Positions 25,919 to 35,248 of a stretch of DNA of 48,199 nucleotides are shown piece by piece (position 1 is the first letter of the stretch; every line of letters starts with the position of its first letter). The stretch spans positions 1-48,199 of the IMG/VR virus record IMGVR_UViG_3300033487_000010; one strand, given 5' to 3'. The notes under the pieces were generated by a model. It was not told where the DNA came from, did not search any database, and worked only from the letters and a program-made list of their open reading frames with translations. Both the position numbers and the translations under genes were made by a program. The stretch is from a virus (taxonomy: Duplodnaviria; Caudoviricetes).

Positions 25919-27181
25919 TTAGAGGTCGGTGACAACGCCAGCGTGGCCGGGAGCATCGACGTGGAATTGGAAACTGGACACCACACGGGCGCCCCAGTCA
26001 TCCGTGCCAGCGATCTCACGGACCATCAGGCCGTCGGTCTGATCGATGAAGCACAGGTCGTCACCGGTGTGCTGGATACCCACGTCCTCGACGTCGAACA
26101 GACGCGCGCGGCCTTCCGCGAAAGCGCTGTCGCTGTAGCAGACGAAGTCACCAGACGGGCCCTGGATGACGATACCCTTGAAGCCGAGCTTCACGCCGTC
26201 CATGTCCTCGATGTCGAAGTAGGTTTTGTTGAGGATCGACTTCGCCAGCTTGGCGTAGGTGTTCGCCCCGAGCACGCAGTGGGTAGTGGTCCCGCCGGCC
26301 GCGTCGATGTCAGCGCTCATGTCCAACAGCGCCTCTTCCAGGTTCCCCGAGAGAGTCGCCGAACGACGGAGACCGCCGAGACGCTCGCTCAAGGTCTGGT
26401 CGACGTTGAAGAACGAAGCAGAACGCGCGCCGTCGGTGTCCGGGAGGAATCCCTCGAACCCGCACGGTACGATTCGGCTCGGGCTTGCGCTGTCCTGCCG
26501 ATCGCCTCGGCGAAACAGGTAGTCATTCGCGGCCCACGCATCTCCGACGGTCATGTCGGTATCCATGGTCAGCGTCCCGGCGGCAGCGTTGCGCGCGGTA
26601 ACCTTCGCATACTGAACCGTGGGGGACGTGGTCGGGTCTCTCAGGTCTGCGCCCGAGACGGACTCGGAAGCGACGAGAGCGGTCCCGATCTCGAACATGC
26701 GGGTCATCCACGGATACTTGAGCGTGATCGTCACCGTCGAGATGCTGCCGATCTGTCCAAGAGCGCCGAAACCGTTTCCGTCGAGGTACATTTCGACATA
26801 GCGGGTGATGGCCGTCTTGGTGTTCTCGATCTCGCTGACGATCGCCTTCACGAAGCTGCCGACGCCCTGAGAACGACGGATGAGAGCACCGGACACGCGC
26901 GCGAACTGGAAAAGCTCGCCCGGAGTCAGGAACCAGTTGGTGTATCGGCTGTATTCGGTGGCGGCTTCCGCGTAGCCAGTGGCGTACGTCGCCGAGCCGG
27001 CTTGCGGGTTGCTGTACTTGATCGGAATCTTGAAACCGTAGCCGAATGGCGCCTCAACCAGCGTTCCCTTTTCCTTGCGGAGCAGGGCCAGCGTCTTGGC
27101 CTTCTTGTAATCGATTTCAACGATGCCGTTCGGGTAGGTTTCCCGGAGGATTGATTGTGCAGAACTGACGTCGAGAGACAT
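25919..27181 (-). CDS. Major capsid protein
   Basis: 420 aa after scaffold; GGAG RBS; strong codon bias; C-terminus PGHAGVVTDL typical of HK97-fold capsids. Confidence 0.85.
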   Translation of the reverse strand: MSLDVSSAQSILRETYPNGIVEIDYKKAKTLALLRKEKGTLVEAPFGYGFKIPIKYSNPQAGSATYATGYAEAATEYSRYTNWFLTPGELFQFARVSGALIRRSQGVGSFVKAIVSEIENTKTAITRYVEMYLDGNGFGALGQIGSISTVTITLKYPWMTRMFEIGTALVASESVSGADLRDPTTSPTVQYAKVTARNAAAGTLTMDTDMTVGDAWAANDYLFRRGDRQDSASPSRIVPCGFEGFLPDTDGARSASFFNVDQTLSERLGGLRRSATLSGNLEEALLDMSADIDAAGGTTTHCVLGANTYAKLAKSILNKTYFDIEDMDGVKLGFKGIVIQGPSGDFVCYSDSAFAEGRARLFDVEDVGIQHTGDDLCFIDQTDGLMVREIAGTDDWGARVVSSFQFHVDAPGHAGVVTDL

Positions 27182-27264
27182 GGTGTTTTCTCCAAAGTGT
27201 TGCGGTCATGGGTCCTCACTTCGGCATGTCGCTCGGCCGTACTTCCTGACTATGTGCTCACCGA

Positions 27265-28461
27265 CTAACGGTCAATTCCGCGGCTTCGCAAGGCCGCAGC
27301 AGCGCGATCCATCGGCGTGATGCGCTTTTCGTACTTCCTGCGTGGTTGCTCTGCAGGCTTCTTTGCTTCTTGCTTCGGTTGCTCCTTGGGCTTCTCGGCC
27401 TCGGCAGGCTTGGCAGCCGCGGGAACGGGTGGGGGAGGGGGTGGGGGAGGCGGCTCAAAAGCTGGAGCGTAGCGATCCCTTAGCTCTTTCTCGCAGGCGT
27501 CTAGCACCTCAAGTGGAGACATTTTGTGGCCATTCTTCTGCTCAAGCAACTTGGCGACGTTCCACAGCTGCTGGCCGTTGAATTCAGTTCGAGATAGCAT
27601 CGGCCGCTTAGCAAGATCGGCATTGTGGATCGCCATGGCTTGCGTGACGAAGTCGAACCCTTTGGCGTAATCTTCTGCGGCGTCCTTCTCTTCCTTCTGC
27701 TTCTTTTCGGCTGCGGCTGCTTCCTCGGCAGCCTTAGCGACGCGCGCGCGTTCGGCCTCGGCTTCCTGGTAGATGCGGCGGGCTTCCTGCTCGGCGATGA
27801 TCTTGGCGCTTGGCTCGACTTCGTGGCTCTTCGCCTCTACGAGTTCCTCCATCGTGAAGCCGAAAAGGGCGGCTGCGGCATACCTGCCACGCGTCTGCGC
27901 CGTCTCGCGCACCTTGCGCACAAAGGCGAGATCTTCGCTGTCGCGTGACTTCTCAGACGAGAAGGCCTGGCGTTCGCTTTCCAGCTTCGCCCGCTCGGTT
28001 TCGATCTGCGCCTTGAAAGCGTTCTCTCGCTTGGCTACGGCGCGCTCACGCTCGGCTACGATGGCCATGGCGCGCGAAAGGCGCGTATCCTTCGCAGCGG
28101 CAGCTTCGTCTGCTTTCTTCTTGTCCTCGGCTGCCTTGGCTTCCGCCTCTGCCTTTGCCTTGTCGGCTGCTTCGTCTTTCTTGGCTTCGCCTGGCTTCTC
28201 AGCGTCGGCCTTGGCCGCTTCCGTAGCCTTCCTATCCTCGCTAGGCTTCGCGTTTTCGACGGCCGGCTTGTCACCTGCCAGCGCCTTCGCAATCGCCGCG
28301 TCTGCGCGAGCTGCGGCCCTCTGGTGCGTAGTCTGCTTGCGGTCGGCTTCCGCGATCAGGGGGGAGCTATTCGCTGGATCGCTCGACGTGGTAACGGCCT
28401 GTGCCGGTGCGGGGGTGGACGTGGTAACGGTAGCGGTGGGGGCTTGTGTCGCTTCAGCCAT
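27265..28461 (-). CDS. Putative scaffolding protein
   Basis: 398 aa, A/E/K-rich coiled coil between portal and capsid. Confidence 0.7.
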   Translation of the reverse strand: MAEATQAPTATVTTSTPAPAQAVTTSSDPANSSPLIAEADRKQTTHQRAAARADAAIAKALAGDKPAVENAKPSEDRKATEAAKADAEKPGEAKKDEAADKAKAEAEAKAAEDKKKADEAAAAKDTRLSRAMAIVAERERAVAKRENAFKAQIETERAKLESERQAFSSEKSRDSEDLAFVRKVRETAQTRGRYAAAALFGFTMEELVEAKSHEVEPSAKIIAEQEARRIYQEAEAERARVAKAAEEAAAAEKKQKEEKDAAEDYAKGFDFVTQAMAIHNADLAKRPMLSRTEFNGQQLWNVAKLLEQKNGHKMSPLEVLDACEKELRDRYAPAFEPPPPPPPPPVPAAAKPAEAEKPKEQPKQEAKKPAEQPRRKYEKRITPMDRAAAALRSRGIDR

Positions 28462-28639
28462 TTTGCTCCTGGGTCTGCTCGCCGGGTTCCGCCCGGTCGG
28501 TCTTCTGGTCGTCTGACCAGTCGATCAAATCGTAGTTTGCGCGGAAGGCATCCGACGGGGGCCGCGAGTCGACGGTGCTGGACTTGCGCCCGCGCTTGTA
28601 GCCGATCTGCGAAGGCTTCGCCTTGCGCGCGTAGGTCAT
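28454..28639 (-). CDS. Hypothetical protein
   Basis: MTYARKAK...SRPPSDAFRANYDLIDW; GGAGG RBS. Confidence 0.55.
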   Translation of the reverse strand: MTYARKAKPSQIGYKRGRKSSTVDSRPPSDAFRANYDLIDWSDDQKTDRAEPGEQTQEQNG

Positions 28640-28860
28640 TGCGGCAGCCCTCCTACATCCTTCATGTGGGAAAACCGGCCAAGTTCCATAGCCGAGCTTC
28701 CCTCCTCGGATTTTCTTGCGCAGGCAGGGTGCCAGACGACTCGTCGAAGGACGGAGTTCCGCTCCAACACATATCCGTCGACAACCGTTTCGTCGCAGAT
28801 CTTGCCCCCACACTCATTGCAACGAGTAAGTGTCAACACGTCCAGGACGCTAAGTCTCAT
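28636..28860 (-). CDS. Small zinc-finger-like protein
   Basis: RCNECGGKI...WHPACA. Confidence 0.5.
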   Translation of the reverse strand: MRLSVLDVLTLTRCNECGGKICDETVVDGYVLERNSVLRRVVWHPACARKSEEGSSAMELGRFSHMKDVGGLPQ

Positions 28861-30854
28861 TGCGGAAGCCCTCCACCCGGCATGGGCATCTCGGGGATGG
28901 GAGGCGGCGCGATCGGCGACTGTTCAAGCGGCGTCGGAGCTGGCGGTGGGACCGCCGCCATCGGCTGCTGAATCGGCGCCTGCTTGGCCGCGAAGTTCTG
29001 CGTGAGGAAATCCGCCTCGCTCATGAGCCGTCGGAGCATGTCGAGGTTGCGCACCGGCACGCCGTCCATCTGCAGCGCGTGGAAGTAGCTCCGACATGCC
29101 ATCGTCTTGAGCAGCGTGAGCCCCTGGGGGCCGAGGTACGGCTCTGGGGCGAAGTACTCGCCGTCATAGAGCGCGCCGTCTACCATCATCTCGATGAGTT
29201 CACGAATGGCCGTCTCCATCGTGACGACCTTTTCGAGATCGGGGAAGGCCAGCAGCTTGAGGCCAAGCCCGCCCTGCACTTCCTCCGGCGGCAACAGGCC
29301 GCCCTTGATGATGTCGACGACGTTCTGGATTCGCCCGCTGGTAGTCGAGCCAAGCATGCTCGTCGGCGTCGTCACCATGCGGATGTCGCGGATATCTCCC
29401 TCGACGTCCTTCCACTTGATCTTTTCGTAGCTGCGAGCACCGAGGGCGTTGACGGCAAAGTCCGGATCTTCCTCGGCCAGCTTGGCGGACAGGCGAAACC
29501 CCATCTCGCCAGCGGTGACGGTGTGCCGCTCGATGCGCTGTCCTTTGAGCACCTGCCTCGTGCTGCCCGTGTCGTTCATCTCGCGGAGGGCGCGGCCAGA
29601 CGCGTCCTGCATACCCATCGGCAGCGTCCCTTGCGCCTGGAATTCGTTGAGCCCCGTGTCAGCCATCGCCCACGCGACGAGCTGGTTCAGATACTGGTAG
29701 AACTCAGGCGGAAAGGCTGGCGACGTCGTGAACTGCGGCATTGTGCCGGTGTAGTGTCCGACTCCACCGATCGCGTTGGTGATTTCGTCCTCGACGACGT
29801 CTGAGCCTTTTTCGAGCCACACGCGGGGGACGCACGCCAGCCGCTGCCCCTTCGAAATCGTGAGCATCATCTCGCCAACCTGCGTGTGGTAGCCGACGAG
29901 TTGCTCAGCCACCGGGCTGTTGCACGATCCGCGGTCAGCCTCAGCCCAGAATAGGCGCGCTATCGGGAAGAAGTCAAACTCCCATGGCTCATCTTCCAGC
30001 GTGACGTTGGCGAGAGTCATGATGTGCCGGCCGGGATTCGTGGCATCCTCGGAAAGGTGCCACATCTCGGACACCTCGACCTGATCGGCCATCAACTCGT
30101 TGCCGAACATGCGCCGGTAGATGTGCGTGAGCTGAGGGTTGGTCCCGTGGGGGCACTGGCGAATCTCGTCGGCCTTCTCGGGATAGCGATCCATCAGGAC
30201 GCTTCGAGCTTCGAGGGTACGCATTCCTGCGTTGTGCAGCGGAGGCGCCTCGTAGTCGTTCCACAGGAAAGCCCCGGGGTGGACGCGGTCGCAGCGAATC
30301 CGCTTGTTTTTGCGATCTATCCACATCTTGGCGAGTCCACCGGAACGAGTCAGACAGCAATCCACAAACGCGCGCTGCTGGATCTCGTGGAAGCCGCACT
30401 CGCGCAGTAAACCGTTGATATACTTCGTCTGCTGCCTGGCGCGCTTCTGCAGCTTCCAGCTTGCTCCGTCGGTCTGGCAACGAATCTCCGCCGGGTTCTT
30501 GGCCAACATCGCAGCGGCGGTGTCCACACACCTGCGGATGATGTTCGCCCGCGCCTTGGTGTACGAATTCATGATCGACGCTGCTTGGACGATGGGCGCC
30601 CCGGCACGCATCTGAATCAGCCAGAAAGGCGGCTGAGCCTCGTAGAGGCCCGTGTAGAGGTCGTCGTAGAGCCGTCGCTGCCCGTGCAAGCTGTGGAGCG
30701 TGGACAGCAGAGCGCGAGCTTGAGCAACGCCGTCGTCGCCCTCGCCTTCCCACCATCGCCCGCTGTCTACGTTCGGATCGACAGCCTTCCCCATCGTCGA
30801 AATGCGATGGGGCAGACGCTGGACTGCTCGCTTGACGACGGAACTCTTAGCCAT
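28857..30854 (-). CDS. Portal protein (P22-like podovirus type)
   Basis: 665 aa after terL; NIIRRCVDT, VEVSEMWH, ASGRAL motifs; Pro-rich tail. Confidence 0.85.
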   Translation of the reverse strand: MAKSSVVKRAVQRLPHRISTMGKAVDPNVDSGRWWEGEGDDGVAQARALLSTLHSLHGQRRLYDDLYTGLYEAQPPFWLIQMRAGAPIVQAASIMNSYTKARANIIRRCVDTAAAMLAKNPAEIRCQTDGASWKLQKRARQQTKYINGLLRECGFHEIQQRAFVDCCLTRSGGLAKMWIDRKNKRIRCDRVHPGAFLWNDYEAPPLHNAGMRTLEARSVLMDRYPEKADEIRQCPHGTNPQLTHIYRRMFGNELMADQVEVSEMWHLSEDATNPGRHIMTLANVTLEDEPWEFDFFPIARLFWAEADRGSCNSPVAEQLVGYHTQVGEMMLTISKGQRLACVPRVWLEKGSDVVEDEITNAIGGVGHYTGTMPQFTTSPAFPPEFYQYLNQLVAWAMADTGLNEFQAQGTLPMGMQDASGRALREMNDTGSTRQVLKGQRIERHTVTAGEMGFRLSAKLAEEDPDFAVNALGARSYEKIKWKDVEGDIRDIRMVTTPTSMLGSTTSGRIQNVVDIIKGGLLPPEEVQGGLGLKLLAFPDLEKVVTMETAIRELIEMMVDGALYDGEYFAPEPYLGPQGLTLLKTMACRSYFHALQMDGVPVRNLDMLRRLMSEADFLTQNFAAKQAPIQQPMAAVPPPAPTPLEQSPIAPPPIPEMPMPGGGLPQ

Positions 30855-31134
30855 CGTTCACCCCAGCTGCGATGCCGACGTCGCGCAAAACCTCGTGCGC
30901 CTCGTCCGGGTTGATGCCCAGGTTCTCCAGCTGCTTGCGCAATTCGGAAGAGATCGGCGGGAAGGTTGTGGCGGCCTTCGCGGACACCTTCCGCGCCGAG
31001 GTGGAGGGGGACGACGCAGGGAACGGACCAGCGAGCTTGAGGGTGGTAGTCTCGCCGCGCTTCGTCGTGCTGTACTCTGACACGCCACCGGCCCGTAGCT
31101 CCTTGAGGAGGCTGCGTAGTTGGCCGATCCGCAT
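30847..31134 (-). CDS. Hypothetical protein
   Basis: 95 aa; ATG 6 nt after -10 box. Confidence 0.65.
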   Translation of the reverse strand: MRIGQLRSLLKELRAGGVSEYSTTKRGETTTLKLAGPFPASSPSTSARKVSAKAATTFPPISSELRKQLENLGINPDEAHEVLRDVGIAAGVNDG

Positions 31135-31140
31135 GATGAC

Positions 31141-31169
31141 AAAGTGGCACGGATGCGCCAGGTAGTCAA
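31141..31169 (-). promoter_or_regulatory. Sigma70-type promoter, leaderless, for head operon
   Basis: TTGACT-17 nt-CACTTT with GTGC before the -10, 6 nt to ATG 31134. Confidence 0.6.
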
Positions 31170-31237
31170 GGGAATCAGTAGCCTAGATGACGTTCTGTCT
31201 ACTCGAATTGCCATCGTGACAACGGCAGTGACAGCTT

Positions 31238-31253
31238 GGCAAGCGATGTGCCA
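31238..31253 (-). promoter_or_regulatory. Sigma54-type -24/-12 motif
   Basis: TGGCAC-ATCGC-TTGCC in the terL-portal intergenic gap. Confidence 0.5.
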
Positions 31254-31278
31254 GAAAGTCACAAGGACGTAAGCTGGC

Positions 31279-32727
31279 TTACTCGAATCCCATGAGCATT
31301 TCTAGGGGGTCCCGTCCGGCGGCTCGCTTCTGCTCGGCAAGCGCGCGCTTCATCGTCTCGGTGGGCTCGCGCCAGTTTGGGTCTCTGTCCGGTGGCGGGT
31401 CCTCGAAGTACGCCCGGCACTCTCGCCAGCCGTACAGGACAGCGTCGGTCATGTTGCCGTGGAAGCCGCCCTTGCTGGCGGGTAGCTCCTGCAGCTTTCC
31501 ACCGTTGGCGAGCGCCTCCGGGTCCTTCCGCACGAGGGCGCATTCCTCGGCGAAAACGGACTCTTCGAGCGCCATCAGTTCACCCTTGCGCAGCGCCGTG
31601 TTAATCAGCGCGATGTGCGCGCCCTTCTGGTTCTTGTCGGCCGGCTTGACGGGTAGCTGATGCCGGCGGCGCACCTCCTCGGCCACGAGCTTTCCCAAGG
31701 CGCCCTGGTCGATCACCATGCTCTGCGGGTGGTAGATCTCAACGAGGCGCTTGACCTCGTTGGCAGCGTCTGTGATGTCCACGTGGTTGGTGCTCCACTC
31801 GTCGACGACGTAGACGGTGCGCGAATACTGCGGCCATCCGAGCACGGCCACGGCCATGTTGTCGTCCCACCCCAAGTCCCACGCGAGAACGTAGCGCCAG
31901 CTTTCAGCCTTGGGCAACGTGGTGTAGATGTTGTTCGCGCCGAACTCGAAGAGCAGCGCCTCTCGATCTTCAACGTCCTCGCCGAGGTACTCACGACGGA
32001 ACGTTGGATGCTGTGGCGTCCAGCCGAACTCTTTGCAGATGTCGGCTAGAATCTTGTCAACGCTCTGGCCGGCAAGGAAGGCCGGGAATCTCTCATTCTC
32101 CCGCACCGTCCAGTGATGCTGCTCGCGGCCCTCGGCAAGCTTTCCCTTCCAGCACTCGTAGAAGAACCCTCGGCGCAGGGCTGGCGGCGTGCCGGTGAGG
32201 GTAAGAGCTCCGTCGTAGTCGGTGAGCGCCGGGCGGATGACGTCCTGAATGAGCGGGCGAATCACCCGATCTGGGAAGCTGCCCGCCTCGTCGATGATCG
32301 CCTTCTTGAACTTCTTGCCGCGGTACTTCTCGATTTCCTGCGCGGTATGGGCGCCGCGAAGCTGGATCTTCACGCCGATAGGCGAGATCAGCTCTAGATC
32401 TCCGTCGCGCACCTTGAAGCCAAGCTGGTACTCCGCGTTCAACCGCACCAGGTCTGGCCAGATGATTTCCTTTGCGTTGCCTCGGGTAAGGGTGACGTAG
32501 AGTTCAGGGACGATCGGCGGTTCAAGCGCTCCCAGCATCAACTCGATGGCATCGCCCACGGTCTTGCCCGAGCGGCGCCCGCACACCTTCACCTTGCGCT
32601 TGTGCGGGCTCAGGATGGCCGCGCGTTGCGGCCCGAATGAGCAAGCCTCAGCGCTGAACTCGGCCGCGCGCCGGGATTGGGCGAGCTGGCGGAGGGTCCT
32701 GGCTAGGCGTGCTGCTTGCGTGTCCAT
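31279..32727 (-). CDS. terL: Terminase large subunit
   Basis: Walker A CGRRSGKT, Walker B IIDEAG, LTGTP, nuclease WDLGWDD and DAVLY. Confidence 0.95.
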   Translation of the reverse strand: MDTQAARLARTLRQLAQSRRAAEFSAEACSFGPQRAAILSPHKRKVKVCGRRSGKTVGDAIELMLGALEPPIVPELYVTLTRGNAKEIIWPDLVRLNAEYQLGFKVRDGDLELISPIGVKIQLRGAHTAQEIEKYRGKKFKKAIIDEAGSFPDRVIRPLIQDVIRPALTDYDGALTLTGTPPALRRGFFYECWKGKLAEGREQHHWTVRENERFPAFLAGQSVDKILADICKEFGWTPQHPTFRREYLGEDVEDREALLFEFGANNIYTTLPKAESWRYVLAWDLGWDDNMAVAVLGWPQYSRTVYVVDEWSTNHVDITDAANEVKRLVEIYHPQSMVIDQGALGKLVAEEVRRRHQLPVKPADKNQKGAHIALINTALRKGELMALEESVFAEECALVRKDPEALANGGKLQELPASKGGFHGNMTDAVLYGWRECRAYFEDPPPDRDPNWREPTETMKRALAEQKRAAGRDPLEMLMGFE

Positions 32728-32986
32728 CTGGCTCCTTCGTCGGAGATGCCGTCATCTTAGCGAGCGTGAACGTCTGCCCCGTCGTATCCGGCGCATCCAC
32801 GCAGATCACCGTTCCCGGGTGAATCTGCACGAGCTGGCTGCTTCCATCGTCGAGCAGGAAGAGTAGCGCCATGTCGTGATACGTGCGGATTTCCTTCACG
32901 CCGCGCTTGCCTGGCGACCATTCGGTGTAGCACTCGCCTTTGATGACCGCCACGGCGTTGGGGAAGCGGACGGATTTGATGTTCAT
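32648..32986 (-). CDS. Hypothetical protein
   Basis: MNIKSVRFPNAV..., GGAG RBS; 3' end overlaps terL start. Confidence 0.55.
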   Translation of the reverse strand: MNIKSVRFPNAVAVIKGECYTEWSPGKRGVKEIRTYHDMALLFLLDDGSSQLVQIHPGTVICVDAPDTTGQTFTLAKMTASPTKEPDGHASSTPSQDPPPARPIPARGRVQR

Positions 32987-33219
32987 TGGATTTTCTCCAC
33001 GGTGATTCTGATGCGGTCGCCAGGCTTGAACGCCGGAAAGTCGTCGGCGACCTCAACCATGGCATTGATGCCAACCCAACGATCTGGCTCTGGCTTGAAC
33101 GCGCGAAGTGCCCACGCAGATTTCAGCTTAGGCGATTGCTCGCCATATCTCGCGACGTTTAGCGCATCACGATGGACCGCGATACCGTCGACGCTATCGA
33201 TTTCTCCCTCGAAGATCAT
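32983..33219 (-). CDS. Small beta-barrel-like hypothetical protein
   Basis: MIFEGEIDSVDG...GDRIRITVEK; AAGGAG RBS. Confidence 0.6.
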   Translation of the reverse strand: MIFEGEIDSVDGIAVHRDALNVARYGEQSPKLKSAWALRAFKPEPDRWVGINAMVEVADDFPAFKPGDRIRITVEKIQ

Positions 33220-33635
33220 TCGGCATACTCCTTGAGAAGTTCTGGGTAAAAATGCCACTCTCCCAGGTCGCTTCCTGGCCAGTGGCTGATGATACGATGC
33301 AATCTTACTCCGGACAGCATCCCAGAACAGATGCCTAGCCCGCGAAATGCCTGCTTGACGTAAGCCCAGTGCAACGCCAATCCGTCGCCGTCAATGCCTC
33401 CCTTGAAACACGCGAACCCCAGCAGGGCGTCCGGCTCACCCTCGACGTGAGCAACGACCGTCACCGTGCGCTTGTCGGCCAGGATGCGCTCCACCACGCG
33501 ATGCCACCGCTCCATGAACTCGGCCTCGCTCACGATGACTCGACCAGGGAAGTGCTCCCAGTAGCCACGAAGCCAGGCCTTGTAGATGAACGGCTCATCA
33601 CTTGGGCTCATGGGGCGGATGGCGAAGTCGCTCAT
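33216..33635 (-). CDS. GNAT family acetyltransferase
   Basis: IRPMSPSD, LLGFAC, acetyl-CoA motif YVKQAFRGLGI. Confidence 0.85.
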   Translation of the reverse strand: MSDFAIRPMSPSDEPFIYKAWLRGYWEHFPGRVIVSEAEFMERWHRVVERILADKRTVTVVAHVEGEPDALLGFACFKGGIDGDGLALHWAYVKQAFRGLGICSGMLSGVRLHRIISHWPGSDLGEWHFYPELLKEYAE

Positions 33636-33813
33636 TTGGAAAACCTATTCTTTGCAACGTCTGCCAGCCATTGCCCATGGCGCCTATGCCCAGATTCTCG
33701 CCAAACCTCAGACAAGTATCTCCATAGTGCCTCGCAATCGCAAGCCCTTGAACTATCAAGCAAAACATCGACAGCCCAGCCAATGGGTCGTGTTGCTAGA
33801 TGAGAGATGTCGC

Positions 33814-34239
33814 TCACGCTTCCCACCCCTTGAGCGTGAGGATGTCCTGCCGTCTCTGGCTCGCATGCGCTTCGGCTCGCTGCTCGTCGGTGAACGATTG
33901 CTGTGCTATCCAGCCTCCGTCACGATCTAGCTCGTCGACGATCCATTCCAGCTCGTTCGGGTGTCGCACATCGATGGATACCACCGGAGCACCCTGCTTG
34001 CCAGGCGGAGGCCCGTAGACTCGCCTTGCCTCTGCCATATCCTTGGGCATGCGCTCTGCCATCTTGAAGAACGGAAGGAGTCGCGCCGCCTTCGCCTTCT
34101 TGGGCACGATGTCCACGTGCCACATGCCGTGACAATTCGCGATCAACTCCGCGTGCCCCGGCACCTCCGCGCACTTCTTGCGCAGAATCTTCACCTTCCC
34201 GCCGCATGTCTTGCATTCGATACGATCGTCAAACTTCAT
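33814..34239 (-). CDS. Hypothetical zinc-ribbon protein
   Basis: CKTCGG...NCHG. Confidence 0.55.
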   Translation of the reverse strand: MKFDDRIECKTCGGKVKILRKKCAEVPGHAELIANCHGMWHVDIVPKKAKAARLLPFFKMAERMPKDMAEARRVYGPPPGKQGAPVVSIDVRHPNELEWIVDELDRDGGWIAQQSFTDEQRAEAHASQRRQDILTLKGWEA

Positions 34240-34368
34240 GCTACCCGTCCTTGGTCTTGAACAGAAACGAGCGATCGAACAGCGCGCGCATTAGCCGCTG
34301 CCACGCGCAGGCTAGATCGAAGCGCAGGCACATCGCCCACCAGCTCAATGTTTCTCGAACCGTGCGCT

Positions 34369-34614
34369 TCACGGAAGCACCTCGACGGTAACGCGCAGTC
34401 GCTGGCCAACGCCGGCTTTGAGCCCGATCTCGCGCAGTCCTTCGCCGAACTCACGACCGAAGGTCAACCCCAAATGCTCGCGAGAACCATGTGGGCAACT
34501 GTCGAGCGCTGCCACGCTCCACCCGGGCCCGTGCGGGTCTTTCCGGATTGTCTGACCGTCCAGGTCGTCGATCTTCCCCTCGAAAACAACCCTCTTACTG
34601 TGAGTACAAATCAT
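34369..34614 (-). CDS. Small beta-barrel-like hypothetical protein
   Basis: VVFEGKIDDLDG...GQRLRVTVEV. Confidence 0.55.
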   Translation of the reverse strand: MICTHSKRVVFEGKIDDLDGQTIRKDPHGPGWSVAALDSCPHGSREHLGLTFGREFGEGLREIGLKAGVGQRLRVTVEVLP

Positions 34615-34859
34615 CCTACTTTCCTCCCTTCATCACAGCCACAGGCCTTCCAGTGCGGCCGGTCATCATCGTTGCAGCCGTCACCCACTGGCTCAGAGCA
34701 TCTCCCATCGTGCTTGTGCCCACAGGATTCACACCGACCATCTAGCCAATGCTTCCCGATCATCCTGGTTTTCCCGGCTCGCCTAGACTGGGCGAATGTC
34801 CGCTCCCACCCCTCGCGGTATGCGTCGGTCGCTGGACGAGTCTTGATTTCATCGCTCAT
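34611..34859 (-). CDS. Hypothetical protein
   Basis: MSDEIKTRPATDAYREGWERTF...CESCGHKHDGRC. Confidence 0.55.
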   Translation of the reverse strand: MSDEIKTRPATDAYREGWERTFAQSRRAGKTRMIGKHWLDGRCESCGHKHDGRCSEPVGDGCNDDDRPHWKACGCDEGRKVG

Positions 34860-35248
34860 TTCGTCACCCCCGCTTTGATGATACCATCCTTTTCGGTGAT
34901 TGAGTAGCCGCACGACTCCAAGATTGCGCGTGCCTCGTCGCATGCACCGATGATCTCAAGATCTGGCCTACGCGATACAAGCAGCGCCTGCCCGCTCATG
35001 AGCGTGCCTACCAGCCGGTCACCGACGTTGAGCCTGATTGCATCGGGCGCCTGGTAGCGTTCTGCCAGATCGTCGAGCGTCACGCCCTCCGCGCCAGCGT
35101 CCACCCTGGTGAGCTGCGTGTTACCCCGCGGGCCGAACTCACGCAGAGCTGTGGCCGACTCTATCGAGCCAACCGCGTAGTCAAGAAGGAACGACTTCTC
35201 GCCATCGTCGATGGCCACGCCCCGCTGCTCGACATACCACATCATCAT
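34856..35248 (-). CDS. Degenerate FkbM-like methyltransferase-fold protein
   Basis: VTLDDLAERYQAPDAIRLNVG...LL...RPDL...ILESCGY follows the FkbM C-terminal pattern but lacks DVEG and the N-terminal DxGAxxG. Confidence 0.45.
   Translation of the reverse strand: MMMWYVEQRGVAIDDGEKSFLLDYAVGSIESATALREFGPRGNTQLTRVDAGAEGVTLDDLAERYQAPDAIRLNVGDRLVGTLMSGQALLVSRRPDLEIIGACDEARAILESCGYSITEKDGIIKAGVTK

Noticed and set aside
27182-27264. Possible structured leader ahead of the major capsid gene
   Set aside because: Only short 4-bp pairings (GUCA/UGAC, CGGC/GCCG), expected by chance at this GC content
27420-27452. G-rich tract resembling a G-quadruplex or repeat
   Set aside because: Explained by the poly-proline codons of the scaffold protein
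9997-29804. Long plus-strand ORFs (e.g. 9997-11277, 24494-25543, 25844-27154, 28860-29804)
   Set aside because: Antisense shadows of high-GC minus-strand structural genes with no motifs
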